Assembly: GCA_963822445.1 (NCBI GenBank)
Contig: CAWGHO010000002.1
Coordinates: 1,440,001-1,504,000 of the forward strand
DNA from: an uncultured Acidobacteriota bacterium
Lineage (GTDB): Bacteria; Acidobacteriota; Thermoanaerobaculia; Gp7-AA8
Length of the DNA stretch: 64,000 nt
Reading direction: 5' to 3'
Both the position numbers and the translations under genes were made by a program. Shown here in pieces: positions 8,321 through 17,387 of the stretch. Below the pieces are notes generated by a model. It did not search any database. It was not told the DNA's origin and saw only the letters and a program-made list of their open reading frames with translations. Numbering within the stretch: the first letter of the stretch is position 1; each line of letters begins with the position of its first letter.

Positions 8321-9449
8321 ACAGATCCGCCCGACCTGGGCGGAGATCGATCTGCGCGCGTTCGATCGCAACGTGACCGCGGTTGCGTCGCGATTGCCGG
8401 CCGGTTCGAAGCTGATCGCCGTGCTCAAGGCCGATGGCTACGGCCACGGCGCGGTCGAGTTGGCGCGGCGATGTGAATCACTGCCGGTGGCCATGATCGC
8501 CACGGCTCTCCTCGAGGAAGCGCTCGAGCTGCGGCGCGCGAAGATCACCCTGCCGCTGCTCACGTTCGGTGCGCTTTCCGAACAGCAGGTGCTGATGGCG
8601 GTCGAGGACGACATCGTCATCGGCATTCCCGGACCGGAGTCGCTCGCCAATGCGGCCGCGGTCGCACGCGATCGCGACGTGCGCGTGCATCTGAAGCTCG
8701 ATTCGGGGATGGGGCGGATGGGTGTGATCGAGAGCGAGCTCGCCGACGTTGTCGAGCTTCTGCGCGCGACGCCGCGACTCAAGCTCGAAGCGATCTACAG
8801 CCATTTCGCCACAGCCGACGATTCCGACAATCCGCTGACCACTGAACAGGCCGCGCGCTTTCGCACACTCGTCGCCACGTTGCGCGAAGCCGGTCTCACC
8901 GCTCCGCAGCATCACTTCGCGAACAGCGCCGCGACCATGCGTGGCCTTGTCGACCCGGGCGATTCCGTGCGCGTCGGACTCTCGCTCTATGGCGCCGAAC
9001 CGTTGAACGACGTTGAGTCGCGCCTGGAGCCGGTCATGCGCTGGCGCACGGAGATCGTCCGCATGAAAGACCTTCCGCCCGGCCACGCCGTCGGCTACGG
9101 CTCGACGTTTCACACGTCGCGCATGACTCGCGTGGCGACGCTTCCCGTGGGATATGCCGACGGCTACAACCGCCTGCTCTCGAACCGCGGGTTCGTGCTC
9201 GTGCGCGGGGAACGCGCGCCGGTCATCGGCCGCGTGTCGATGGACCTGGTCACCATCGACGTGACCGACATCCCCACCGCCCAAGTCGGCGATGAAGCAG
9301 TCCTCCTCGGCGACGGCATAAGCGCCGAAGAGCTGGCGGCGAAACTTGGTACGATCTCCTACGAAGTATTCTGCAGCGTCGGCGCGCGCGTCCCGCGCGT
9401 CTATCTCGACGGCGCGGACATCGTTTCCATCCGCTCCCGATTCGCATGA
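8304..9449 (+). CDS. alr: Alanine racemase
   Basis: AVLKADGYGHG PLP lysine, KLDSGMGRMG, GYADG, GRVSMD, TISYE. Confidence 0.96.
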   Translation: MRTLREQIRPTWAEIDLRAFDRNVTAVASRLPAGSKLIAVLKADGYGHGAVELARRCESLPVAMIATALLEEALELRRAKITLPLLTFGALSEQQVLMAVEDDIVIGIPGPESLANAAAVARDRDVRVHLKLDSGMGRMGVIESELADVVELLRATPRLKLEAIYSHFATADDSDNPLTTEQAARFRTLVATLREAGLTAPQHHFANSAATMRGLVDPGDSVRVGLSLYGAEPLNDVESRLEPVMRWRTEIVRMKDLPPGHAVGYGSTFHTSRMTRVATLPVGYADGYNRLLSNRGFVLVRGERAPVIGRVSMDLVTIDVTDIPTAQVGDEAVLLGDGISAEELAAKLGTISYEVFCSVGARVPRVYLDGADIVSIRSRFA

Positions 9450-10216
9450 ACGCCATCCTCGACCGCATCGGCCGCCGTTTCATCCTGCTGTTCGAGCAGA
9501 TCGGGATCTGGTTCGAAGCGCTGTGGGGAACGATCCGCTGGACCTTCCGCCCGCCGTGGGACCTCAAGGAGTGGATGAAGCAGATGGTGCGGGTCGGCTT
9601 CGACTCCCTGCCCGTGGTCATCCTGACCAGCATGTTCACCGGGATGGTGCTCGCGCTGCAGACGTTCATCGGCTTCGAGCGCGTGCACGCCGAGCAGTTC
9701 GTGGCGAGCGTGGTCGCGCTGGCGATGCTTCGGGAGCTGGCGCCGGTGCTGGTCGGCCTGATGGTTGCCGGACGCGTCGGATCGTCGATGGCCGCGGAGA
9801 TCGGAACGATGCGCGTCACCGAACAGATCGACGCGCTCAAGGCGCTGGCCACCGATCCGATTCAGTATCTGTTCGTGCCCCGCGTCATCGCCGGCCTGAT
9901 CATGCTCCCCTTCCTGGTCGTCCTCGGCGACGCCCTCGGCATCTACGGCGGGTATCTGGTCGGCGTGAAGCTGATGCACACCAATCCCGTGATCTACAAA
10001 CAGAACACCTTCCAGTTCCTGGAGATCAACGACGTGATCAGCGGCTTGATCAAGGCGGCCGCGTTCGGCCTGATCCTGACCCTGACCGGCTGCGTGCGCG
10101 GCTATCACACCACCGGTGGCGCGGAAGGCGTCGGCCGCGCGACGACGAACGCCGTCGTCTCGGCGTCGCTGATCATTCTGCTCACCGACTTCTTCCTGAC
10201 GAAGATCCTCTTCTGA
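9446..10216 (+). CDS. mlaE: MlaE family ABC transporter permease
   Basis: RELAPVL, AGRVGSSMAAEIGTMRVTEQIDAL, GGAEGVGRATT. Confidence 0.93.
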   Translation: MNAILDRIGRRFILLFEQIGIWFEALWGTIRWTFRPPWDLKEWMKQMVRVGFDSLPVVILTSMFTGMVLALQTFIGFERVHAEQFVASVVALAMLRELAPVLVGLMVAGRVGSSMAAEIGTMRVTEQIDALKALATDPIQYLFVPRVIAGLIMLPFLVVLGDALGIYGGYLVGVKLMHTNPVIYKQNTFQFLEINDVISGLIKAAAFGLILTLTGCVRGYHTTGGAEGVGRATTNAVVSASLIILLTDFFLTKILF

Positions 10217-10965
10217 TGATCTCCCTTCAACATCTCTACAAGTCCTTCGGCGGCAAGCCGGTTCTGCAGGACATGTCCATCGACGTGGAACGCGGCGAGA
10301 CGGTTGTGATCGTGGGCGGATCGGGAACGGGAAAGAGCGTCACGCTCAAGCACATCATCGGTTTGCTGAAGCCCGATCGCGGGAAGGTGATCGTGGACGG
10401 CCACGATGTCACGTCGATGCAGAGCAGGGACCTCAACGAGTTCCGCCGCCGTTTCGGGATGTCGTTTCAGGAAGGGGCGCTCTTCGACTCGATGTCGGTG
10501 TACGAGAACATCGCTTTTCCGCTGCGGCGGCATACGAAGATGAAGGAGCCGGAGATTCGCGCGCGGGTCGAGGAGTGCCTCGAAGACGTGCACCTCCACG
10601 GCGTGGAGAAAAAGCGGCCTTCCGAGCTGTCCGGTGGTATGCGCCGGCGCGTCGGCTTTGCGCGGGCGATCTCGCTCAAGCCGGAGATCCTGCTGTTCGA
10701 CGAGCCGACGACCGGCCTCGATCCCGTGATCAGCGACGTCATCGCGGAGCTGATCTGCGAGATGGACATGAAGCTCGGGACGACGACCGTGACGATCACC
10801 CACGACATGAAGGTCGCGTTCAAGATCGCCGACCGCGTGGCCATGCTGCACAAGGGCAGCATCATCGAGAGCGGAACGCCCGAGGACTTTCAGCGGTCGA
10901 CGAACCCGATCGTGCAGCAGTTCATCGAGGGGCGGGCGGAAGGGCCGTTGACGGAGCCGACGTAA
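10216..10965 (+). CDS. mlaF: MlaF family ABC transporter ATP-binding protein
   Basis: GGSGTGKS, FQEGALFDS, LSGGM, DEPTTGLDP; start at TGATG overlap. Confidence 0.93.
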   Translation: MISLQHLYKSFGGKPVLQDMSIDVERGETVVIVGGSGTGKSVTLKHIIGLLKPDRGKVIVDGHDVTSMQSRDLNEFRRRFGMSFQEGALFDSMSVYENIAFPLRRHTKMKEPEIRARVEECLEDVHLHGVEKKRPSELSGGMRRRVGFARAISLKPEILLFDEPTTGLDPVISDVIAELICEMDMKLGTTTVTITHDMKVAFKIADRVAMLHKGSIIESGTPEDFQRSTNPIVQQFIEGRAEGPLTEPT

Positions 10966-10967
10966 CG

Positions 10968-10994
10968 AAAAACGGCGCCCCTCAGGGCGCCGTT
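10968..10994 (-). terminator. Intrinsic terminator between convergent genes
   Basis: AACGGCGCCC-CTCA-GGGCGCCGTT hairpin with A-run on left (U-tract on minus strand). Confidence 0.8.
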
Positions 10995-11016
10995 GGCGAC
11001 ATCACACAGCGAAAAA

Positions 11017-11568
11017 CTAGTCCTTGCTCATGCGCCGGCGGGTCGGCGTCGTGGTCGTGGTGGTCGTCTCCTGAACCGTCGAGGACGAGGTCATCGGGAC
11101 CGTGGTGGTCTCGGTGCGGGTCGTCGTCGTGGAGACGGTCGGGGCGGTGGTGATGGTGCTGTCCTCGACCACGCGCGTGTCGACCGTGGTGGTCGTGTCG
11201 AGATCAGCGGTCGTGTCGACCGTGGTGCTGCTGATCATCGGTTCCACCGGAGTCACTTCGGTGACCGTGACCGTGCTTGTGCTGCGATCCGGGATCACGT
11301 TCACGTTGGTGTTGGTGCCGACGCCCGAGGCATTGCCCATTCCGGGCGCGGCGCTGGACGAATAGATGTTGCCGTCGCTGTCGACCTTGGCGGGGCCGGG
11401 AGCCGGGGCCACGGTGGAGTCGAGGCCCGCCGCTTCGGGACGGTGCTCGACGACGTCATCCTGGGTGTTGATGTCGTCATTCGTCGACGCGCATGCACCG
11501 ACGAGAAGGAGAGCCGCGAAAGCCGCCGCGGCAGCGGTGTTGTGCGTGAATTTTCTGATCATGATCAT
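11017..11568 (-). CDS. Thr-rich low-complexity lipoprotein, unknown function
   Basis: Signal peptide with LVGAC lipobox; Thr/Val-rich body; AGGAG RBS. Confidence 0.75.
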   Translation of the reverse strand: MIMIRKFTHNTAAAAAFAALLLVGACASTNDDINTQDDVVEHRPEAAGLDSTVAPAPGPAKVDSDGNIYSSSAAPGMGNASGVGTNTNVNVIPDRSTSTVTVTEVTPVEPMISSTTVDTTADLDTTTTVDTRVVEDSTITTAPTVSTTTTRTETTTVPMTSSSTVQETTTTTTTPTRRRMSKD

Positions 11569-11624
11569 TCGTCTCCTGATTCATTGATGGCGGCAATCAG
11601 CGCCGTCACTCGCCGTTGACAAGG

Positions 11625-11639
11625 GCAAAACGCTTGCCT
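11625..11639 (-). promoter_or_regulatory. Putative sigma54 (-24/-12) promoter
   Basis: Minus strand AGGCAAGCGTTTTGC has GG-N10-GC spacing upstream of the lipoprotein gene. Confidence 0.5.
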
Positions 11640-11677
11640 GGTTATTTGTAGTCAGCAAGCTCGACTAGAATCGCCGG

Positions 11678-12976
11678 ATGGCTGCGTCGCGGGTCTACTC
11701 GGTCTCGGAGCTCATTCGCCACCTCACCGTCGATCTATCGCGGTATAGCGACATCGCCGTCGAGGGAGAAGTTTCCAATTTCACGCGTTCCGCGGCGGGT
11801 CACCTTTACTTTTCGATCAAGGACGCCCGCGCGCAGATCAAGGTCGTTCTGTTCGCCACGAACGCCCGTTTTCTGCGGTTCAAGATCGAGAACGGGCTGC
11901 AGCTGATCGTCCGAGGACGGATCTCGATCTATGAAGCGAAAGGCGATCTCCAGCTCAACGCGGTCAGCGCGGAGCCTGCCGGCCTGGGAGCGCTGCAGCT
12001 CGCCTTCGAACAGCTGAAGAAGCGGCTCGCCGAAGAAGGCCTGTTCGATGCGGCCCGCAAGAAGCCGATCCCGATGCTGCCCCAGCGCATCGCCGTCGTC
12101 ACCAGTCCGAGCGGCGCTGCGATTCGCGACATCCTCAACGTTCTGGGCCGCCGCTTCGAAGGGCTGTCGCTGCAGATCTATCCCGTCCGCGTGCAGGGTC
12201 CGACCGCCGGCCGCGAGATCGCCGCGGCCCTCCGTCATCTCTCGCGCTGGAAGCAGCACGACGTAGTGCTGATCTGTCGCGGCGGAGGCTCGCTGGAAGA
12301 CCTCTGGGCATTCAACGAGGAAGTCGTGGCTCGCGCCGTCGCGGCCTGCGAGATTCCGACGATCTCCGGCATCGGCCATGAGACCGACTTCACCATCACC
12401 GACTTCGTCGCCGATCTGCGCGCGCCGACGCCGTCCGCCGCGGCGGAGATCGTCATTCGCGCGAAGAGCGAGATCTGTACGCAGATCGATCACATGACCC
12501 GCCGCGTGCGGCACATCGTCGAAGGCCGCGTGCGCAACTATCGTCACGAGCTTCGCCACATCATGTCCTCCGATCGTCTCGGCCTCGTTCCGCGGCGGAT
12601 CGTTGCCGCGCGCGAACGTCTCGAGCGCCGGAGGGTGATGCTGTTCCGCATGCTCGACGTTCGCGCGAAATCGCTGCGGCGCCGGCTGATCGCTGCCGAT
12701 CAGCCCCTGCTGCGTTATCCCGCGCGAATCGTCCGCGATCGCGAGAAATTGCGGGCGACCATCGCCACGCTCAACGCCGTCTCGCCGCTTTCCGTCCTTT
12801 CGCGCGGATACGCGATCGCGTTTTCGCGCACGCGCCGGGGCCGGAAACCGATCCTCGACTCGGCCCAGGTCAAAGTCGGCGAGCAGATCGAGGTGCAGCT
12901 CAAACGAGGCCGGCTGGAGGCAACCGTCGACCGCCACACGCTCGGCGTCGAGAGTCTCTGGCCGGAAGTGCTATAA
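11678..12976 (+). CDS. xseA: Exodeoxyribonuclease VII large subunit
   Basis: GEVSN, GHLYFS, RGGGSLEDLWAFN, GHETD, APTPSAAAE, LSRGY. Confidence 0.97.
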   Translation: MAASRVYSVSELIRHLTVDLSRYSDIAVEGEVSNFTRSAAGHLYFSIKDARAQIKVVLFATNARFLRFKIENGLQLIVRGRISIYEAKGDLQLNAVSAEPAGLGALQLAFEQLKKRLAEEGLFDAARKKPIPMLPQRIAVVTSPSGAAIRDILNVLGRRFEGLSLQIYPVRVQGPTAGREIAAALRHLSRWKQHDVVLICRGGGSLEDLWAFNEEVVARAVAACEIPTISGIGHETDFTITDFVADLRAPTPSAAAEIVIRAKSEICTQIDHMTRRVRHIVEGRVRNYRHELRHIMSSDRLGLVPRRIVAARERLERRRVMLFRMLDVRAKSLRRRLIAADQPLLRYPARIVRDREKLRATIATLNAVSPLSVLSRGYAIAFSRTRRGRKPILDSAQVKVGEQIEVQLKRGRLEATVDRHTLGVESLWPEVL

Positions 12977-12985
12977 CCCGCGCCG

Positions 12986-13255
12986 ATGGCCGCCCGCCGC
13001 ACCTCCAACGAGTTCGAGAAGTCCTTCCAGCAGCTCGAGAAAATCGTCCAGCGACTCGAGGCCGAGGAGCTGCCGCTCGATGAGTCGCTGCAGCTTTTCG
13101 AGGAAGGCATCCGCCTGTCCCGCTTCTGCCATCAGCGGCTCGAAGAGGTCGAGAAGAAGATCGAATTGATCCTCGCCGACGCGAAGGGGCAGCCGGTGAC
13201 CGAGCCGTTCGAAGAAGACGTCATCGACGAGGATGAGGAAGCCGCGCCGGAGTGA
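12986..13255 (+). CDS. xseB: Exodeoxyribonuclease VII small subunit
   Basis: FEKSFQQLEKIVQRLE...LDESLQLFEEG. Confidence 0.95.
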   Translation: MAARRTSNEFEKSFQQLEKIVQRLEAEELPLDESLQLFEEGIRLSRFCHQRLEEVEKKIELILADAKGQPVTEPFEEDVIDEDEEAAPE

Positions 13256-14157
13256 GCCTCAACGAATACCTTCAGTCGCGGCGCGCTCTGGTCGATCGAA
13301 CGCTCGACGCGAACCTTCCTCCCGCCGATACGAACCCGCCCATCATTCACGAGAGCATGCGCTACGCGGTCCTGGGCGGCGGCAAGCGCATCCGCCCGAT
13401 CGTGGCCATCGCCGCGGCGGAGACATGCGGCGCGGACATCGAGCCGCTGCTCGTCCATCTCTCCGCGATCGAGCTCATTCACACCTATTCGCTGGTGCAT
13501 GACGACCTGCCGGCGCTCGACAACGACGACATCCGTCGCGGGCGCAAGACCACGCACGTCGTGTACGGCGAGGCGATGGGGATCCTGGTCGGCGACGCGC
13601 TTTTGACCGAGGCGTTTTCTTGGCTGGCTCGGCCGCTGGCTGCGGTGGAGCCGTTGCGGCAATTGCGGGCGATCACGACGGTCGCGACGGCGGTGGACTC
13701 GACCGGGATGATCGGGGGGCAGGTCGCGGACATCGTCGCGGAACGCTCCCAGGAAGCGAGCGACGATCACGATTCGCTGGTCAGAGAGCTCGATTTCATC
13801 CACCGCAACAAGACCGGCAAGCTCTTCACGGCCTCGCTCCTCCTCGGCGGGCTCCTCGGCGGCGCGTCGGAAGACAACCTGAAGGCGCTTCAGCTCTACG
13901 GTGACGCCCTGGGGCTGGCCTTTCAGATCGTCGACGATCTGCTCGACATCGAGGAGTCGACGGCGACCCTCGGCAAGACCGCGGGAAAGGACGTTGCGCA
14001 GGGAAAGCTGACCTATCCGGCGCTTCTGGGCATCGAACAGGCACGGGCGGAGGTGGGGCGGCTCATGGGAATCGCCCTGGAGAACGCTGCTATCATCGCC
14101 GGTCCTGTGAATTACCTGGGTCCGCTCGCACGTTACATCTGCGAACGTAGGACCTAG
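13252..14157 (+). CDS. ispA: Polyprenyl (farnesyl/geranyl) diphosphate synthase
   Basis: GGKRIRP, HDDLPALDNDDIRRG, FQIVDDLLD, GKTAGKD. Confidence 0.94.
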   Translation: MSLNEYLQSRRALVDRTLDANLPPADTNPPIIHESMRYAVLGGGKRIRPIVAIAAAETCGADIEPLLVHLSAIELIHTYSLVHDDLPALDNDDIRRGRKTTHVVYGEAMGILVGDALLTEAFSWLARPLAAVEPLRQLRAITTVATAVDSTGMIGGQVADIVAERSQEASDDHDSLVRELDFIHRNKTGKLFTASLLLGGLLGGASEDNLKALQLYGDALGLAFQIVDDLLDIEESTATLGKTAGKDVAQGKLTYPALLGIEQARAEVGRLMGIALENAAIIAGPVNYLGPLARYICERRT

Positions 14158-14172
14158 GCGGAAAGCTCAGAC

Positions 14173-16194
14173 ATGAAACGACTTCTCGATTCCATCGAAT
14201 CCCCGCGTGATCTCCGGAAGCTCGATCGCACGCAGCTCCCCCAGGTCGCGCAGGAGATCCGCGACATGATCATCGACGTCGTGTCGAAGGTCGGCGGCCA
14301 TTTCGGCGGAAACCTCGGCATCGTCGAGTTGACCCTGGCCCTGCACTACGTCTTCGACACGCCGCGCGACCAGATCGTCTTCGACACGGGTCACCAGAGC
14401 TATCCGCACAAGCTCATCACCGGCCGCCGCGACACGTTCCACACCATCCGCCAGCACGGCGGGATTTCCGGATTCTGCAAACGGGAAGAGTCCGAGTACG
14501 ACGTCTTCAACGCGGGTCACGCGTCGACGTCGATCTCCGCGTCGCTGGGCATCGCCGTCGCGCGCGATTTCCGCAAAGAGGATTACCGCGTCGTCGGCGT
14601 GATCGGCGACGGTGCGCTGTCAGGCGGTCTGGCGCTGGAAGGCGTCAACCAGGCCGGCCATCTCAAGCGCAAGTTGATGATCGTGTTGAACGACAACGAC
14701 ATGTCGATCTCCACGAACGTCGGCGCGATGTCGGGTTACCTCAACTCGATCATCAAAGGACAGCGCTACGTCCAGCTCAAGGATCTGGCCAAGGGCGTGA
14801 TGGATCGCATCCCTCTCGTCGGCGGCAAGCTGCACGGCATCGCTCACGACATGGAACAGCTCCTCAAGAACATGGTCGTGCCGGGCACGCTGTTCGAGGA
14901 GCTCGGATTCAAATACCTCGGCCCGTACGACGGCCACGATCTCAAGTTCCTCATCGATCTCTTCGAGGAGCATCGCGATTACAACGGCCCGCTCCTGATT
15001 CACGTCATCACCAAGAAGGGGAAGGGCTACACGCCGGCCGAGAACAAGCCGATCTGGTCGCATGGCGTCACGCCGTTCGACATTCCGTCCGGCGAAGTGA
15101 AGAAGTCCGACAAGCCGCAGCCGCCGAGCTACACCGCTGTGTTCGCGGACGCGCTGACGCAGCTGGCGAAAGAAGATCCGAAAGTCGTGGCCATCACCGC
15201 GGCGATGCCGGAAGGCACGGGGCTCGACAAGTTCGCGAAGGTCTTCCCGGAGCGGATGTTCGACGTAGGCATCGCCGAAGAGCATGCGATCACGTTCAGC
15301 GGCGGCATGGCCACGCAGGGATTGAAGCCGGTCGCGGCGATCTACTCGACCTTCCTGCAGCGCGCGTTCGATCAGGTGTTCCACGACGTGGCGATCATGG
15401 ATCTGCCGGTCGTATTCGCGCTCGACCGCGGCGGCATCGCCGGCGCGGACGGCCCGACGCACCACGGCATCTACGACATGGCCTACCTGCGGGTCTTCCC
15501 GAACATGGTCTGCATGGCGCCGAAGGACGAGAACGAGCTGCGGCACATGCTCAAGACCGCGCTGAACTGCGGCCACCCCGCGTCGCTGCGCTACCCGCGC
15601 GGCAACGGGATCGGGGCGAAGCTCGATCCGGAGATCGTCGCGCTGCCGGTTGGTAAGGGCGAGGTGCTGCGCGAGGGTCCTGACGCCACGATCATCGCCA
15701 TCGGCAACGAAGTTTGGCCGTCCTACGAGGCGGCGGAGACACTCGCCAAAGAGAACATTAACGTCACTGTTATCAATGCTCGTTTCATCAAGCCTTTAGA
15801 TGATGAATTGATCAAGAAATACTGCACGCCTAATTCGTACGTCATTACCGTGGAAGAAGGCTCGCTGGCCGGCGGCTTCGGCAGCGCGGTGATGGAACGC
15901 TGCGAACAGCTCGGTCTGCGCGGCGTGAACTTCCACTCCATCGGCATCCCCGACGAGTACGTGCACCACGGCGCGCAGGACGTGCTCCGCGCGCAGTACG
16001 ACCTGCATGCGGAAGGGATCGCGAAGCGGGTGCGGGAGTTTCTCGAAGCAGCTCCCGCGGGGACCGTCGGCGACCTGGCGGCGCTGATACACAAGCACTT
16101 CCATGATGTGCCGGAAGAGGAGTTGCGGAAGTTGCCGGGCTCCGACCGCATCGACGAGGTCGTTTACGGCATCCCAAGCCGCGTCGCGAAGTAA
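14173..16194 (+). CDS. dxs: 1-deoxy-D-xylulose-5-phosphate synthase with atypical C-terminal extension
   Basis: GGHFGGNLG, GHASTSIS, GDGAL..NDN, FDVGIAEEH, DGPTHHG, RYPRG. Confidence 0.97.
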   Translation: MKRLLDSIESPRDLRKLDRTQLPQVAQEIRDMIIDVVSKVGGHFGGNLGIVELTLALHYVFDTPRDQIVFDTGHQSYPHKLITGRRDTFHTIRQHGGISGFCKREESEYDVFNAGHASTSISASLGIAVARDFRKEDYRVVGVIGDGALSGGLALEGVNQAGHLKRKLMIVLNDNDMSISTNVGAMSGYLNSIIKGQRYVQLKDLAKGVMDRIPLVGGKLHGIAHDMEQLLKNMVVPGTLFEELGFKYLGPYDGHDLKFLIDLFEEHRDYNGPLLIHVITKKGKGYTPAENKPIWSHGVTPFDIPSGEVKKSDKPQPPSYTAVFADALTQLAKEDPKVVAITAAMPEGTGLDKFAKVFPERMFDVGIAEEHAITFSGGMATQGLKPVAAIYSTFLQRAFDQVFHDVAIMDLPVVFALDRGGIAGADGPTHHGIYDMAYLRVFPNMVCMAPKDENELRHMLKTALNCGHPASLRYPRGNGIGAKLDPEIVALPVGKGEVLREGPDATIIAIGNEVWPSYEAAETLAKENINVTVINARFIKPLDDELIKKYCTPNSYVITVEEGSLAGGFGSAVMERCEQLGLRGVNFHSIGIPDEYVHHGAQDVLRAQYDLHAEGIAKRVREFLEAAPAGTVGDLAALIHKHFHDVPEEELRKLPGSDRIDEVVYGIPSRVAK

Positions 16195-16599
16195 ATGCCG
16201 GAGTATTTAGCCGACACCTGGTATTTCGTCGCGCTGGCAAACCGGTTCGATGCCCAACACGCCGCGGCACTCCGTCTGGAGCCACTCGTGGCACGCAACC
16301 GGGTCGTCACGCACGACGGAGTGCTTTCGGAGGTGCTCTCCTTTTTCTCAGGGAGTGGCGCTTTCGGCCGGCAGCGAGCGACGGGTGTTGTTCGCGATGC
16401 ACTTCGGACGTTGCGCGTGCTGCCTGCCGACCGCCGGCTGTTCCTTGCCGCGCTCGATCGCTACGCCGCTCGCCTCGACAAGGAGTACTCCCTCGTCGAT
16501 TGCATGTCGATGGTTCTCATGGAACGACGCGGCACCACCCACGTCCTCACCAACGATCACCACTTCTCCCAGGCCGGTTTCATAGTCGTGAACGGATGA
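16195..16599 (+). CDS. vapC: PIN-domain VapC-type toxin
   Basis: LADTWYFVAL, VLSE, YSLVDCMS, LTNDHHFSQAGF; acidic PIN residues present. Confidence 0.88.
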   Translation: MPEYLADTWYFVALANRFDAQHAAALRLEPLVARNRVVTHDGVLSEVLSFFSGSGAFGRQRATGVVRDALRTLRVLPADRRLFLAALDRYAARLDKEYSLVDCMSMVLMERRGTTHVLTNDHHFSQAGFIVVNG

Positions 16600-17387
16600 A
16601 AAAGCAGCGCCTCGACGTCGTCCTCGTCGAGCGCGGCCTCGTCGACACCCGTTCGAAAGCGCAGTCGCTGATCATGGCCCGGCGCGTTCTCGTGAACGGG
16701 CAGTTCGTCGACAAAGCCGGGGCGACGGTCGCCGCGGATGATGAGGTGACGGTCGCGGAGCTCGAGCATCCCTGGGTCGGGCGCGGGGGGATGAAGCTCG
16801 CTCACGCCCTCGAGGAATTCGCGATCAGCGTCGAAGGCAAGGTCTGCGCGGACATCGGCGCGTCGACCGGCGGATTCACCGACGTGATGCTGCAGAACGG
16901 CGCGAAGAAGGTCTATGCGATCGACGTCGGCTACGGCCAGCTCGACGTGAAGCTCCGCAACGATCCGCGGGTCGTCAATCGGGAGAAGGTCAATGCCCGC
17001 TACCTGCAGACGGACGCATTCGACGAGCCGATCGAATTCGTTTCCATGGATCTCTCCTTCATCTCCCTCACTCTCGTCCTACCCGCGGTCACGCGTTTTC
17101 TTCGCGGCGATCTCGTCGCGCTGATCAAGCCGCAGTTCGAGGTCGGGAAGCACGAGGTCGGAAAGGGCGGCATCGTGCGCGACGAGGTCAAGCGTCAGGC
17201 CGCGGTCGACAATGTCGTCGCGTTCGCCCGCGAGAACGGGTTCGACGTGAAGGGCGTGATCGAGAGTCCGGTGAAGGGTGCGGAAGGGAACGTCGAGTTC
17301 CTCATGTATGCAAGATGCGCCCTTACGGGCGACACTCTAGATACTCCCGCAGCCCCTCCCGCCACGACTCCGGAGCCACTCCCGTGA
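16596..17387 (+). CDS. tlyA: TlyA family rRNA 2'-O-methyltransferase
   Basis: S4 domain KQRLD, GRGGMKL, DIGASTGGFTD, SFISL, LIKPQFE, GNVEFL. Confidence 0.95.
   Translation: MKKQRLDVVLVERGLVDTRSKAQSLIMARRVLVNGQFVDKAGATVAADDEVTVAELEHPWVGRGGMKLAHALEEFAISVEGKVCADIGASTGGFTDVMLQNGAKKVYAIDVGYGQLDVKLRNDPRVVNREKVNARYLQTDAFDEPIEFVSMDLSFISLTLVLPAVTRFLRGDLVALIKPQFEVGKHEVGKGGIVRDEVKRQAAVDNVVAFARENGFDVKGVIESPVKGAEGNVEFLMYARCALTGDTLDTPAAPPATTPEPLP

Noticed and set aside
9346-10215. 290-aa N-terminal extension of the MlaF ORF
   Set aside because: Alternate frame over mlaE; Arg-rich and motif-free; the real start is the TGATG overlap at 10216.
17323-17387. Convergent 3' overlaps (tlyA/rfbD; also 25451-25464, 38101-38130, 61096-61112)
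   Set aside because: Short tail overlaps are common in compact high-GC genomes; no further evidence of antisense control.
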